Part shown: one piece after another, positions 15,603-25,786 of the stretch | How the letters are laid out: each line of letters starts with the position of its first letter | Numbering within the stretch: the first letter of the stretch is position 1 | Assembly: GCA_045596485.1 (NCBI GenBank) | Contig: JAZOCL010000089.1 | Span: 1-60,443, forward strand | Direction of reading: 5' to 3' | From: Clostridia bacterium | GTDB taxonomy: Bacteria; Bacillota; Clostridia; Monoglobales; Monoglobaceae | Length of the DNA: 60,443 nucleotides | Position numbers and translations under genes: made by a program | Notes under the pieces: generated by a model | Seen by the model: the letters and a program-made list of their open reading frames with translations, nothing else | What the model was told of the DNA's origin: nothing | The model's database searches: none

Positions 15603-16451
15603 GTGCTTGAATTTGAGGTTAAAAATCAAACGATAAAAAGGACAGATACTTTTAACGCAGTTGCCGACAGCCGCAACTATCTGAGGGCTAAATTCAGTCT
15701 TTCGGAGGAATGGCAGGGGGATGTTGTTGCGGTGTTCGGTTACGGCGGCAGCTTTTTTCAGCTCTTGCTTGATGAAGCCGAAAGCTGCATAGTCCCTTTT
15801 GAGGTAATAAAGGCACCGGGGTTCACGGTTTCGCTGTTTTGCGGTGAGGAACGGCTGGTGACCGCAAATGTACTTTGGGTTGGCGTGGAAAAATCGGGGC
15901 TTGAAGATGGAGAGGTTCCTCAGACGCCCACGCCTACTGTTTGGCAGCAGTATATGAAAGAAATGCAGGAACTTATAGACAACGGACTTCCATACATTGG
16001 TGACGACGGCAATTGGTGGCTGTATAACACAGAGCTGAAAAGCTATGAGGACACAGGCATTACCGCAAATGGCTACACTCCACAACGGAGCGTTGACTAT
16101 TGGACTGAAGAGGATAAGGCGGAGATAAAAAGTGATGTTGCTCCGTTTGTTGTAAATATTGCTGTTGCGGGTGACGGAAGCATCACAGTAGACAAAACCT
16201 TTGAGGAAATAACGGCAGCACATAATGATGGCAGGGTTGTGCTGGGAATTCACGGCATAAGTGTTTTGACCCTGATTACTCTTTCGGCTTCGGTAGTTGG
16301 TTTTTTGCAAATTATCAATGAAGGTTTCTGTATTTTTTTCTGTAATTCCTCGGATGTTTGGTCAACATCTGTAGTTAATATAGCAAGAAAAGAGTATGTT
16401 GACGAGTCAATCCAATCTGCAATTCTTGAAAGCTGGGGGACGGCGATATGA
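15603..16451 (+). CDS. tail fibre-like protein
   Basis: GTG at 15603 after AAAGGGGGGA. It contains an IGDDGNWW motif common in Firmicutes prophage fibre proteins. Confidence 0.4.
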   Translation: MLEFEVKNQTIKRTDTFNAVADSRNYLRAKFSLSEEWQGDVVAVFGYGGSFFQLLLDEAESCIVPFEVIKAPGFTVSLFCGEERLVTANVLWVGVEKSGLEDGEVPQTPTPTVWQQYMKEMQELIDNGLPYIGDDGNWWLYNTELKSYEDTGITANGYTPQRSVDYWTEEDKAEIKSDVAPFVVNIAVAGDGSITVDKTFEEITAAHNDGRVVLGIHGISVLTLITLSASVVGFLQIINEGFCIFFCNSSDVWSTSVVNIARKEYVDESIQSAILESWGTAI

Positions 16452-17215
16452 GTACACAACAGGAAAAATTCAAGGCAATAGCCGATAAAATCAGGGGACA
16501 TCTTGGAACAGATGAACCCATTGCTCCCGATGACTTTGTGACAAAGGTTGACGAGGTTTATGAAGCAGGAAAACAGGCACAGTATGACGAGTTCTGGGAC
16601 ACTTATCAGGCACCTATGCTTGACGGTAAAAATGTGCCGTATATGTTTGCGGGTAGTTGCTGGAACGGTGACACATTTTATCCAAAGTATGACATAAAGC
16701 CTCACTATGGTATGGGTTTGTTCAATTATTTTTCGTGGGATGTAGTGCCGTGGATTGACCTTGCTCAAAGACTGGAAGAATGCGGCGTAATCCTTGACAC
16801 ATCGGAAACGCTTACTTCTTTGATGTTTAGTCAATGCTTTGTTACAAGAATCCCGAAGATAGATGCAACCTATACAAATTCATTGGACAGAACCTTCAGA
16901 AGCACAACAGCATCAATAATTGATGAGCTTGTCTTGAAGGCTGATGGAACAAATACGTTTTCGGATACTTTTCGGGGATGTTCTTATCTTGAAGAAATCA
17001 GGATAACGGGAATAATCGGACAAAACGGGTTTAGTGTGTCAGACAGTACGAGGCTCTCATACGACAGCCTTATGAGTATAGTAAATGCACTTAAGGATTA
17101 TTCAGCAGACACAAGCGGAGCATCTTGGGTGGTGACCCTTGGTGCGACAAACCTTGCAAAGCTTACCAATGAAGAAAAGGCAATTGCGACACAGAAAGGA
17201 TGGAGTTTGGCGTAA
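16448..17215 (+). CDS. tail-tip protein with LRR-like C-terminal half (candidate receptor-binding protein)
   Basis: 255 aa, overlapping the preceding stop. FSQCF...RIP, FRGCSYLEEIRITG resemble BspA-type LRR units. Confidence 0.4.
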   Translation: MSTQQEKFKAIADKIRGHLGTDEPIAPDDFVTKVDEVYEAGKQAQYDEFWDTYQAPMLDGKNVPYMFAGSCWNGDTFYPKYDIKPHYGMGLFNYFSWDVVPWIDLAQRLEECGVILDTSETLTSLMFSQCFVTRIPKIDATYTNSLDRTFRSTTASIIDELVLKADGTNTFSDTFRGCSYLEEIRITGIIGQNGFSVSDSTRLSYDSLMSIVNALKDYSADTSGASWVVTLGATNLAKLTNEEKAIATQKGWSLA

Positions 17216-17400
17216 TGAAAAAAACAATAATTGAATTGACAAGGCTTACGGCATCAGAGGGAATGGTTCTCACAAACGGCGAGGCTTTCGGAAAAGAGAT
17301 TTATCTTGGCTGTAATGACAGCCCCGACAATTGGAGAGAGATAACCGAGGCGGAGTATGATGAAATACGAAAGTCAGTTGAGGAGGAAGCTTTATTATGA
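17215..17400 (+). CDS. small hypothetical phage protein (XkdX position)
   Basis: 61 aa between the fibre genes and the holin. ATG at 17215 overlaps the preceding stop. Confidence 0.35.
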   Translation: MKKTIIELTRLTASEGMVLTNGEAFGKEIYLGCNDSPDNWREITEAEYDEIRKSVEEEALL

Positions 17401-17837
17401 CAAATGTAAAAGCGATAATTTGCACAGTATTCGGCGTAATCGGCGGAATGATTGCAAAGCTGTTTGGAGGATGGACAGAGGATATGGTAACCTTGCTTGT
17501 GCTTATGACCGTTGACTTTGTTATGGGTCTGATTATAGCAGGGGTGTTTCATAACAGCAACAAGTCGGCATCGGGAAATCTGGATAGCCGTGCAGGGTGG
17601 AAGGGACTTTGCAAAAAGGGTGTGACTCTGTTGTTTGTGCTGATAGCACACAGGCTTGACATAGCCCTGCAGACCGAATACATAAAGACGGCAACAATCA
17701 TAGGTTTTATTTTAAATGAGTTAATTTCAATAGTTGAAAATGCCGGGCTGATGGGGGTGCCGCTTCCTGATGTTATTATCGGCGCTATTGATATTTTAAA
17801 GCACAAAAAGGAGAGAGGCTGGATTGAAGATAAATGA
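17397..17837 (+). CDS. holin (phage_holin_4_1 / toxin-secretion holin family)
   Basis: 146 aa with three or more hydrophobic segments. The WKGLCKKGVTLL...IVENAGLMGVPLP motif is typical of this holin family. It lies immediately before the endolysin. Confidence 0.8.
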   Translation: MTNVKAIICTVFGVIGGMIAKLFGGWTEDMVTLLVLMTVDFVMGLIIAGVFHNSNKSASGNLDSRAGWKGLCKKGVTLLFVLIAHRLDIALQTEYIKTATIIGFILNELISIVENAGLMGVPLPDVIIGAIDILKHKKERGWIEDK

Positions 17838-18393
17838 TGTGAAGTATGCCTGGAAGGGGAATCTTTCAAAGCGAAGCACCACCAAGTTTATAATTCTTCA
17901 TCACCGTGCAGGCACAGGTGATGCGCTCAGCATACATAACGGTCATCTTGCCAACGGATGGAGCGGTATAGGTTATCATTTTTATGTGCGAAGTGATGGC
18001 AGCGTATTTCGCGGAAGACCAATTGCCACGGTGGGTGCTCACTGTACGGGATATAATGCTGAAAGCATAGGTGTTTGCTTTGAAGGAAATTTTGAGACAG
18101 AAAAAATAATGCCGCAGGCACAGCTTCGGGCAGGTAAGGAGCTGGTTACTTATCTTTTGAGTCTTTATCCAAAAGCAGAAGTGAAAAAACACGGAGACTT
18201 TGGAGCTACAGCCTGTCCGGGCCGAAGCTTTCCATTTGAGGAAATAAAGAAAGGAGAGCTTGAAATGACTGTTGACGAAGCTGTTGAAATTGTTCAGGCA
18301 AAGGCAGGACTTGAGGACGGAACAATTGAGTTTTTGCTGTGCTATAAGTATGGCGAGGAGCTTGTGCTGAAATTGGCAGAGGCTATGGTTTAG
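17824..18393 (+). CDS. N-acetylmuramoyl-L-alanine amidase endolysin (Amidase_2/PGRP)
   Basis: IILHHRAG...GYHFYV...GAHCTGYNAESIGVCFEGNF...ACPG zinc-amidase signature. Confidence 0.9.
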   Translation: MKINDVKYAWKGNLSKRSTTKFIILHHRAGTGDALSIHNGHLANGWSGIGYHFYVRSDGSVFRGRPIATVGAHCTGYNAESIGVCFEGNFETEKIMPQAQLRAGKELVTYLLSLYPKAEVKKHGDFGATACPGRSFPFEEIKKGELEMTVDEAVEIVQAKAGLEDGTIEFLLCYKYGEELVLKLAEAMV

Positions 18394-18427
18394 GGGAAAA
18401 TAAAGCAGAAAAATCCACCTGTGTTCA

Positions 18428-18456
18428 TTGACATAAATCTACATATACAGTATAAT
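18428..18456 (+). promoter_or_regulatory. consensus sigma-70 promoter upstream of recD2
   Basis: TTGACA (18428-18433), 17 nt, TATAAT (18451-18456). Confidence 0.65.
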
Positions 18457-18488
18457 TGTTTTAATGCTTATTTCGGAGGTGAACACAG

Positions 18489-20681
18489 GTGGAGAAGCTT
18501 GAAGGCGTTGTTGAAGACGTGATTTATGAGAATTCCGCAAACGGATATACCGTTTGTGATATATCATCACAGGGGCAGCTGGTTACTCTTACCGGTTATA
18601 TGCCTGGACTTTCGGAGGGGGAGCGTATTCTGGCAGAGGGTGAGTGGAAAAACCATCTCGAATACGGTGAGCAATTTTGCGTCAGCAGCTTTGAGCGGCT
18701 TATGCCTGAATCTGAAAGTGAGATTGAGCTTTATCTTGGGTCGGGAATTCTTCCGCATGTGGGAAAGACCACCGCAAGACGGATTGTTGAAGCCTTCGGA
18801 AAGAATGCTCTGGAGATTATTGAAAATGAGCCCGAAAGGCTTGTCAGCATTAAAGGGCTGACCCTTGCCAAGGCTCAGGATATACACGTGAAGTTTGTTG
18901 AGCAGGTGGGGCTCAAAAATATTGTTGTTTTTTTTCAAAGGTTTGGCGTTTCGCCAAATCTTGCAGTGAAGGCTTATCGTACCTATGGCGAGAATGTTGT
19001 CAATCTGGCGGCTGACAATCCTTTTATTCTCAGCACCATTGACGGATTTACCTTTATGGTTTGCGACAAAATCCGTGAGCATATGAAGCTGCCGAAAAAT
19101 TTTATGCCCAGAGTGTGCTCGGGAGTTGTCAGCACGCTGCTTAACGCAGGCTATCTCAGCGGTCACACATACCTTCCCAAAGGAACTCTTCTGGCACAGA
19201 CAAAGGCTGTTCTTGATGTGGATTCGTGTGAGGTTGAGGACGCAATTTCTCAGCTATGCCTCAAAGGGGAGCTTGTTGTTGAAGCTCGTGAAGAATTTGA
19301 TGCGGTATATCTTGATACCTTTCATAAGGCGGAATGCGGAGTAGCAAAGCGGCTAAAGGAAATGAGCGGTATTATTTTTGAGATTGACCGAAGAGAAACC
19401 CAAAGGCTTATTTCGATTGCAGAAGAGGAAAGCGGAATTTTGCTTGCTGATGCTCAGCGTGATGCGGTTGTTGCAGCCTTTGAGAATTCTGCAATGGTTA
19501 TCACCGGGGGCCCCGGAACAGGAAAAACTACAATAATTAATATGATTATCAGAATAATGGAGAGTCAGGGCAAGAAGCTTGCACTGGCTGCCCCCACGGG
19601 CAGGGCGGCAAAGCGAATGTCGGAGGTCTGCGGTATGGAGGCAAAGACCATTCACAGGCTTCTTGAAAATATGCCATCCGAGGTTGGCGGCGTTTATTTT
19701 TGCAAAAATGAGCAGAACAAGCTTGACTGTGACGTTTTGATTGTTGATGAGATGTCTATGGTGGACATTTTGCTTATGCACAATCTCTTGCTGGCACTCA
19801 AGAAAAACGCTCGGCTGATTATGGTGGGAGACTGCGACCAGCTCCCTGCTGTTGGAGCGGGAAATGTTTTGAAAGATATAATAGACAGTGAGTCTTTGGA
19901 GTGTGTAAAGCTGACCGAAATTTTCAGACAGGCAAAGGAAAGTATGATTGTTGTCAATGCTCACAGAATAAATCACGGCGATATGCCCTTTTGCAACGAC
20001 CCGGACAATGACTTTTTTATGGTGAAGTGTCATCAGCCTGAGTTACTTTGCGAGACTATTGCAGACCTTTGTGAAAGGCGGATACCCCGAAAATACGGTG
20101 TTGACAGTATAAAACAAATTCAGGTACTTACACCTACCCGAAAAACTCTTATTGGAGTGCAAAGCCTCAACGAAATTCTGCAAAGAAGGCTGAACCCCAA
20201 AATGAAGAGAATTTCTGAAAAGGTGGTGGGCAGCTATACCTTCAGAATCGGTGACAAGGTTATGCAGAACAAAAATAATTATAACCTTGAGTGGACCAGA
20301 CTTTCTGACGGTGAAGAAGGTCAAGGGGTATTCAACGGTGACGTGGGCTTTGTTACGGATATAAATGTTCCGAAGCAAACCCTGACGGTGCTCTTTGACG
20401 ATAAAAAGGTGGTATATGACTTTATGGGTCTTGATGAGCTGGAGCTTGCCTATGCGGTGACCGTTCACAAAAGTCAGGGCAGCGAGTTTGATGTGGTGAT
20501 TATGCCCGTATTCGACACCCATCGGCTTTTGATGACCCGAAACCTTTTATACACCGCAATAACCCGTGCGAAAAAACTGGTGATTCTGGTAGGAAAGGAA
20601 GAATGCCTTAAGCAGTTTGTGGAAAATAACAATATTCTCAGGAGATTTTCGGGACTTAAAGAAAAGCTTGTTATAAGATAA
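18489..20681 (+). CDS. recD2: RecD2-type ATP-dependent DNA helicase
   Basis: 730 aa with an N-terminal HhH/SH3-like region, Walker A GGPGTGKT, DEMSMVD, and C-terminal TVHKSQGSEF / ITRAKK motifs. Confidence 0.9.
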   Translation: MEKLEGVVEDVIYENSANGYTVCDISSQGQLVTLTGYMPGLSEGERILAEGEWKNHLEYGEQFCVSSFERLMPESESEIELYLGSGILPHVGKTTARRIVEAFGKNALEIIENEPERLVSIKGLTLAKAQDIHVKFVEQVGLKNIVVFFQRFGVSPNLAVKAYRTYGENVVNLAADNPFILSTIDGFTFMVCDKIREHMKLPKNFMPRVCSGVVSTLLNAGYLSGHTYLPKGTLLAQTKAVLDVDSCEVEDAISQLCLKGELVVEAREEFDAVYLDTFHKAECGVAKRLKEMSGIIFEIDRRETQRLISIAEEESGILLADAQRDAVVAAFENSAMVITGGPGTGKTTIINMIIRIMESQGKKLALAAPTGRAAKRMSEVCGMEAKTIHRLLENMPSEVGGVYFCKNEQNKLDCDVLIVDEMSMVDILLMHNLLLALKKNARLIMVGDCDQLPAVGAGNVLKDIIDSESLECVKLTEIFRQAKESMIVVNAHRINHGDMPFCNDPDNDFFMVKCHQPELLCETIADLCERRIPRKYGVDSIKQIQVLTPTRKTLIGVQSLNEILQRRLNPKMKRISEKVVGSYTFRIGDKVMQNKNNYNLEWTRLSDGEEGQGVFNGDVGFVTDINVPKQTLTVLFDDKKVVYDFMGLDELELAYAVTVHKSQGSEFDVVIMPVFDTHRLLMTRNLLYTAITRAKKLVILVGKEECLKQFVENNNILRRFSGLKEKLVIR

Positions 20682-20716
20682 AAAAAGGGACTTATGAAAC
20701 TCATAAGTCCCTTTGT
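20681..20716. terminator. bidirectional intrinsic terminator
   Basis: GGGACTTATGA-aac-TCATAAGTCCC flanked by A6 on the left and TTTGTG on the right, between convergent genes. Confidence 0.75.
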
Positions 20717-20719
20717 GTA

Positions 20720-21154
20720 TCAGAGAAAGCATCTGATGTCCGCCGCCAGGTCGTCCTCAAGCTTGATGAGACGCTTGGCGATTGTTTTTGCCTCTTCGGA
20801 GGCGGATTCATATTCGTTTAGATATTTGTTGAGAGATTTTGTTCCCATATCGCAGCCGTCTGTAATGAGGTCGGCAACGGTTTTGTCGGTGCTCTCCATT
20901 GCCAGCATCACGTTGGTTTTCAGCCATGACATACCCTTTGCCATTGGGTTGGGCTCTTTGCCGCACTCGTCGCAGGCGTTCAGAAGCTCGTGGGTCTCGC
21001 TGCCCAGAGCCTGGTGGGCTTCTTTGGAGCTGATGAGAATTTTCTTCAGCTTTTGGTCCTTTACCTTGTCAAGAACCTCGTCAATGGAGTTTACACCCAT
21101 TTTGATTCCTGCATTACATTCCTTTAAAAGTTCAACAGTATCGTGGTTTATCAT
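20720..21154 (-). CDS. hypothetical all-helical protein (four-helix-bundle-like)
   Basis: ATG at 21154 after AAAGGAAGAAG (the ORF track extends to 21220). The helical, charged composition is preferred over the S/L-rich antisense ORF 20694-21248. Confidence 0.55.
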   Translation of the reverse strand: MINHDTVELLKECNAGIKMGVNSIDEVLDKVKDQKLKKILISSKEAHQALGSETHELLNACDECGKEPNPMAKGMSWLKTNVMLAMESTDKTVADLITDGCDMGTKSLNKYLNEYESASEEAKTIAKRLIKLEDDLAADIRCFL

Positions 21155-21241
21155 AATCTTCTTCCTTTCTTTTTTCAATAGTTTATCCGCAAACGAAATA
21201 AAAATACAAAAGTCGGACACAATATGTAAAAAAGGAGGTAA

Positions 21242-22561
<1,320 letters not shown>

Positions 22562-22571
22562 TAAATTGAAG

Positions 22572-22602
22572 AAGAACCTCGAAATAAAGAGGTTCTTTTT
22601 TT
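22572..22602 (+). terminator. intrinsic terminator after eno
   Basis: AAGAACCTC / GAGGTTCTT stem followed by T7. Confidence 0.8.
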
Positions 22603-22704
22603 GTGTAATCAAAATAAGAGTAGTTCTTTCGACAATTCTCTTTGGGACAAGCCTGTAAAATTAAGGAAATACCAAAATATGGAAATTGCAAAGGAGAAAA
22701 GATA

Positions 22705-25050
22705 ATGGCTGAATTGGGATATTCAACGCAAAATATGCCGCATAAAAATAAGCCGCATAAGCCAAAAGACTTCACGAGAAATGACTGGATTTTGAGAATT
22801 ATCGGTTTTTTTATTTCAATGGCGATGCCCTACGGGAGTATGGCCCCCTTCGGACTCTCGTTTCTTGCTCAGGAGCGAAAAATATCCTTTGGGGCGGTAG
22901 TGTCTTTTGCTGCGGTGACTTTCGGAGCCTGCGTTGTTTGTGACAGGCTTGGCGCGGCAAAATACATAAGTGCGGGAGTTATTTATCTTTCGGTGCTCTT
23001 TGTTCTTGAAAAGGATGTGAGATTTAACGATTTCACCGCAGGACTTGTTGCGGGAGGCTGTGTGTTTTTAACAGGACTTGTGACACTTTTTTGGCAGGGA
23101 TTTTATTTTTCACAGTTTTTGCTTTTGCTTTGCGAGACGGTGGCGGTTGTTGCAGGAGCAATGGTTCTTGAAAAGAGCAGCAAGCTGCTGAAGAGAGGAA
23201 AATTCATTCCCGAAGAGCTGGGGAGCGAAGAAAAGCTGAGTCTTGGGGCGCTGACGGCAATTGCAGTGCTGAGTCTAAAGGAGATTTACATTGGGTCTGA
23301 GTTTTCGGTTATGAATACTGCGGCATCGGTGGCGCTGCTTGTGGTTGCCGCAGGCTGCGGAGCAGGCTATTCCACAGGGGCAGGAGTAATCCTGGGGCTT
23401 GTTTGCGGCATTGGTTCGGATAACTTTTTGCCCATTCTTGGAGCATTCAGCTTTTGCGGCTTTGTTGCAGGGGTATTTGCCAGATTCGGCAAAAGCGGTG
23501 TTATTGCGGGGGTTGTGCTTGCCAATGCGACCCTGATTGCTTACACAAACGGGGCAATGGAATCAATGCTTTCGCTTTATGAAATAATGGTTGCGGCAAT
23601 CGTATTCTGCTTTGTAAAGCCCAAAGTTATTGGAATTGTGGGAGAAATTATCTGCCTTGACCAGAAAGACAGAGCAAGCATTCTGAAGCTGAAGGAGCAG
23701 CTCAGGTCAAGGCTTCAGGCGGTTGCAGATTCCTTTGAGGCAATGGCAAGAACTCTGGAAAGACTTTCAGAAAAGAACCGTGAGGACAATACTGCTGACC
23801 TTGCGACCTTTTTTGATTTGGCTGCAGACAGGGTGTGCAAAAAGTGCAAAAAGTCATCGGTTTGCTGGAACAAGGATTTTGACTTTACCTACAAGTCTCT
23901 CTTTGAGCTTATGCAGGCAATGGACGAGAAGGGCATAGTTGACCCATCAGACGCAAGCGAAGAATTTCGGGCAAGGTGTGTGGAGCTGACCCATCTTGTG
24001 GCGGAGCTAAATCATCAGCTGGATATTCATCAGGTGAGATGTGTGTGGCGAAGCCGGCTGAAGGAAAGCAGAATGCTGGTCGGTGAGCAGCTTTCGGGTG
24101 TGTCGGGAATTATCAGCGGAATTTCGGCGGAGATTGCCAGTGATATTTCCTTTGAGCGTATTTCTGAAGCTGATGTCAGGGAAAAATTTGAAGAAAAGGG
24201 TATTCCCGTTCGTGAGCTTGAGGTCATTCAGGAAAAGAACGGCAGATACAGAATTGAAATAGGGCTTCGCCGCAGCTATTGGACTGAGGAGTTGCAAAAG
24301 GAAGTCGAAAAGATGATGAAGGGAGTTTTCAGGAACGACATATCTATGAAAACAGAGCCCTCAGAAAACGGAAGATTTGTGAAGGTTGAAATTTTTGATG
24401 CAGAGAAGTTTTGTGTTGAAACAAGCTTTGCCCAGCGTGCGGCATCAGAAGAAAGTGGAGATAACTATAGGTTCTCGCACATAAGTGGAGGAAAGTATGT
24501 TATTGCCCTCAGCGACGGTATGGGAACGGGAATTCAGGCGGCACGTGAGAGCGAGGCAATGCTTGAGCTTCTTGACAGCTTTCTGAGAGCGGGCTTTGAC
24601 AGTCGTATGGCGGTTAAGTTTATAAATTCAATAATGCTCCTAAAGTCAAATGAAGAAGCATTTGTGACAATTGATGTCTGTATAATTGACCTTTATACAG
24701 GGGAGACGGAGTTTATAAAAACAGGCGCCGAGCCCAGCTTCATTATGAAGAAGCACGGGGTCGACACCGTGAAGGCTGCTTCTCTTCCCGTGGGGGTTAT
24801 CGCCGATATGGAGGCTGAAATTGCCTCAAAAACCATGGTCGACGGCGATGTTATTGTGATGATTACAGACGGAGTTGAATCAAGAGAAAGCGGAAGTATG
24901 TGGATTGGTGAATTTATTGAAAAAGCTGCTGTTGACAGCCCTGAAACTGGACTCGCTCACAAAATTCTGTCTCACGCAATTGAGAGGAACAAGGGTGAAG
25001 TTAATGATGATATGACGGTGCTGTCGGTGAGACTGAAAAAAGTGAGCTAG
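22705..25050 (+). CDS. spoIIE: stage II sporulation protein E (membrane PP2C phosphatase)
   Basis: ATG at 22705 after AAAGGAGAAAAG. Roughly 10 N-terminal TM segments, a central regulatory region and a C-terminal PP2C domain (ALSDGMGTG...DDMTVL). Confidence 0.85.
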   Translation: MAELGYSTQNMPHKNKPHKPKDFTRNDWILRIIGFFISMAMPYGSMAPFGLSFLAQERKISFGAVVSFAAVTFGACVVCDRLGAAKYISAGVIYLSVLFVLEKDVRFNDFTAGLVAGGCVFLTGLVTLFWQGFYFSQFLLLLCETVAVVAGAMVLEKSSKLLKRGKFIPEELGSEEKLSLGALTAIAVLSLKEIYIGSEFSVMNTAASVALLVVAAGCGAGYSTGAGVILGLVCGIGSDNFLPILGAFSFCGFVAGVFARFGKSGVIAGVVLANATLIAYTNGAMESMLSLYEIMVAAIVFCFVKPKVIGIVGEIICLDQKDRASILKLKEQLRSRLQAVADSFEAMARTLERLSEKNREDNTADLATFFDLAADRVCKKCKKSSVCWNKDFDFTYKSLFELMQAMDEKGIVDPSDASEEFRARCVELTHLVAELNHQLDIHQVRCVWRSRLKESRMLVGEQLSGVSGIISGISAEIASDISFERISEADVREKFEEKGIPVRELEVIQEKNGRYRIEIGLRRSYWTEELQKEVEKMMKGVFRNDISMKTEPSENGRFVKVEIFDAEKFCVETSFAQRAASEESGDNYRFSHISGGKYVIALSDGMGTGIQAARESEAMLELLDSFLRAGFDSRMAVKFINSIMLLKSNEEAFVTIDVCIIDLYTGETEFIKTGAEPSFIMKKHGVDTVKAASLPVGVIADMEAEIASKTMVDGDVIVMITDGVESRESGSMWIGEFIEKAAVDSPETGLAHKILSHAIERNKGEVNDDMTVLSVRLKKVS

Positions 25051-25640
25051 CACTTTTCCATAAGCTCCATACGAATAAAGTAGCCTCTGGCGTGGCTGCA
25101 TACGGGGCATATGGGCGGAGCTTCCTTGCCCTGGTGAACATAGCCGCAGTTGAGACACGTCCAGGTGATTGAAATGTCTGAAACAAATAGCTTGTCTTCT
25201 TCTAAGAGCTCTGCCAGACGCTTGAAGCGGTCGCCGTGAACCTTTTCGATTTCGGCAATATGTTTAAAGATGCCTGCAATCTGAATAAAGCCCTCTTCTT
25301 CGGCAACTTTTGCAAATTCCTTGTACACGTCGTCGTGTTCTTCGTATTCGTTGTGCTGCGCTGCTCTCAAAAGGGCGGCAACAGAATCGGAGATGTCCAC
25401 GGGGTATGCACCTTCAATTTCAATATTTTCCCCGGCAAGACTTTTGAGCTGGTTATAAAAAACCTCGGCGTGCTCTTTTTCCTGACCTGCCGTGAAGGCA
25501 AAGGCTGCCTCTACCACGTGCAGGTTTTGTTTTTTTGCTTCGCCTGCGGCAAAGGTGTAGCGGTTTCGTGCCTGACTCTCGCCTGCAAAGGCTCGCATAA
25601 GGTTTGTTTTTGTCTGACTGGTTGAAAATTCTACCGGCAT
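25047..25640 (-). CDS. rbr: rubrerythrin
   Basis: Diiron ferritin-like domain (ESQARNRY...EKEHAE...E..H) plus a C-terminal rubredoxin-like CxxC...CPVC. Confidence 0.92.
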   Translation of the reverse strand: MPVEFSTSQTKTNLMRAFAGESQARNRYTFAAGEAKKQNLHVVEAAFAFTAGQEKEHAEVFYNQLKSLAGENIEIEGAYPVDISDSVAALLRAAQHNEYEEHDDVYKEFAKVAEEEGFIQIAGIFKHIAEIEKVHGDRFKRLAELLEEDKLFVSDISITWTCLNCGYVHQGKEAPPICPVCSHARGYFIRMELMEKC

Positions 25641-25786
25641 AATTATTCCTCCTGATTTGATAATTGAAATTTTTTACAATTTTAGTATTGCTTGTTTTAT
25701 AAAATAATATACAGCACGGCATCTTGATAAACTGTGTGAAATGTGATAAAATATGTAGTGTAAATATGATGAAGGGGAGATAATTT

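Larger units (their letters stand above)
2186..18393. mobile_element. phage-derived cluster: immunity, late regulation, packaging, head, tail and lysis modules, without integrase or replication genes (defective prophage or GTA-like element)
   Basis: About 25 contiguous genes in canonical siphovirus order: repressor/cro, sigma-like regulator, TerS?/TerL, portal, scaffold, MCP, neck, major tail, chaperones, TMP, Dit, Gp37-like, fibres, holin, amidase. The cluster sits between the core genes rpsR and recD2. Confidence 0.85.

Noticed and set aside
15525-16310. Long antisense ORFs on the opposite strand of clear genes: 15525-16310, 8539-9099, 19353-20033, 41748-42614, 46151-46918, 18567-19166 and 35817-36428.
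   Set aside because: Each lies fully inside a well-supported gene on the other strand. The translations are low-complexity or Cys/Arg/Leu/Ser-rich, lack RBSs, and show no recognisable motifs. They look like typical shadow ORFs.
18394-18488. attL/attR direct repeats delimiting the phage-like cluster.
   Set aside because: Comparing 2001-2185 with 18394-18488 by eye shows no shared stretch of 10 nt or more. The right junction contains only the recD2 promoter.
25047-25050. The 4-nt overlap of the convergent spoIIE and rubrerythrin stop codons (CTAG), with no terminator between them.
   Set aside because: It is real in the sequence, but convergent stop overlaps are common in compact genomes, and I see no additional structure suggesting regulation.
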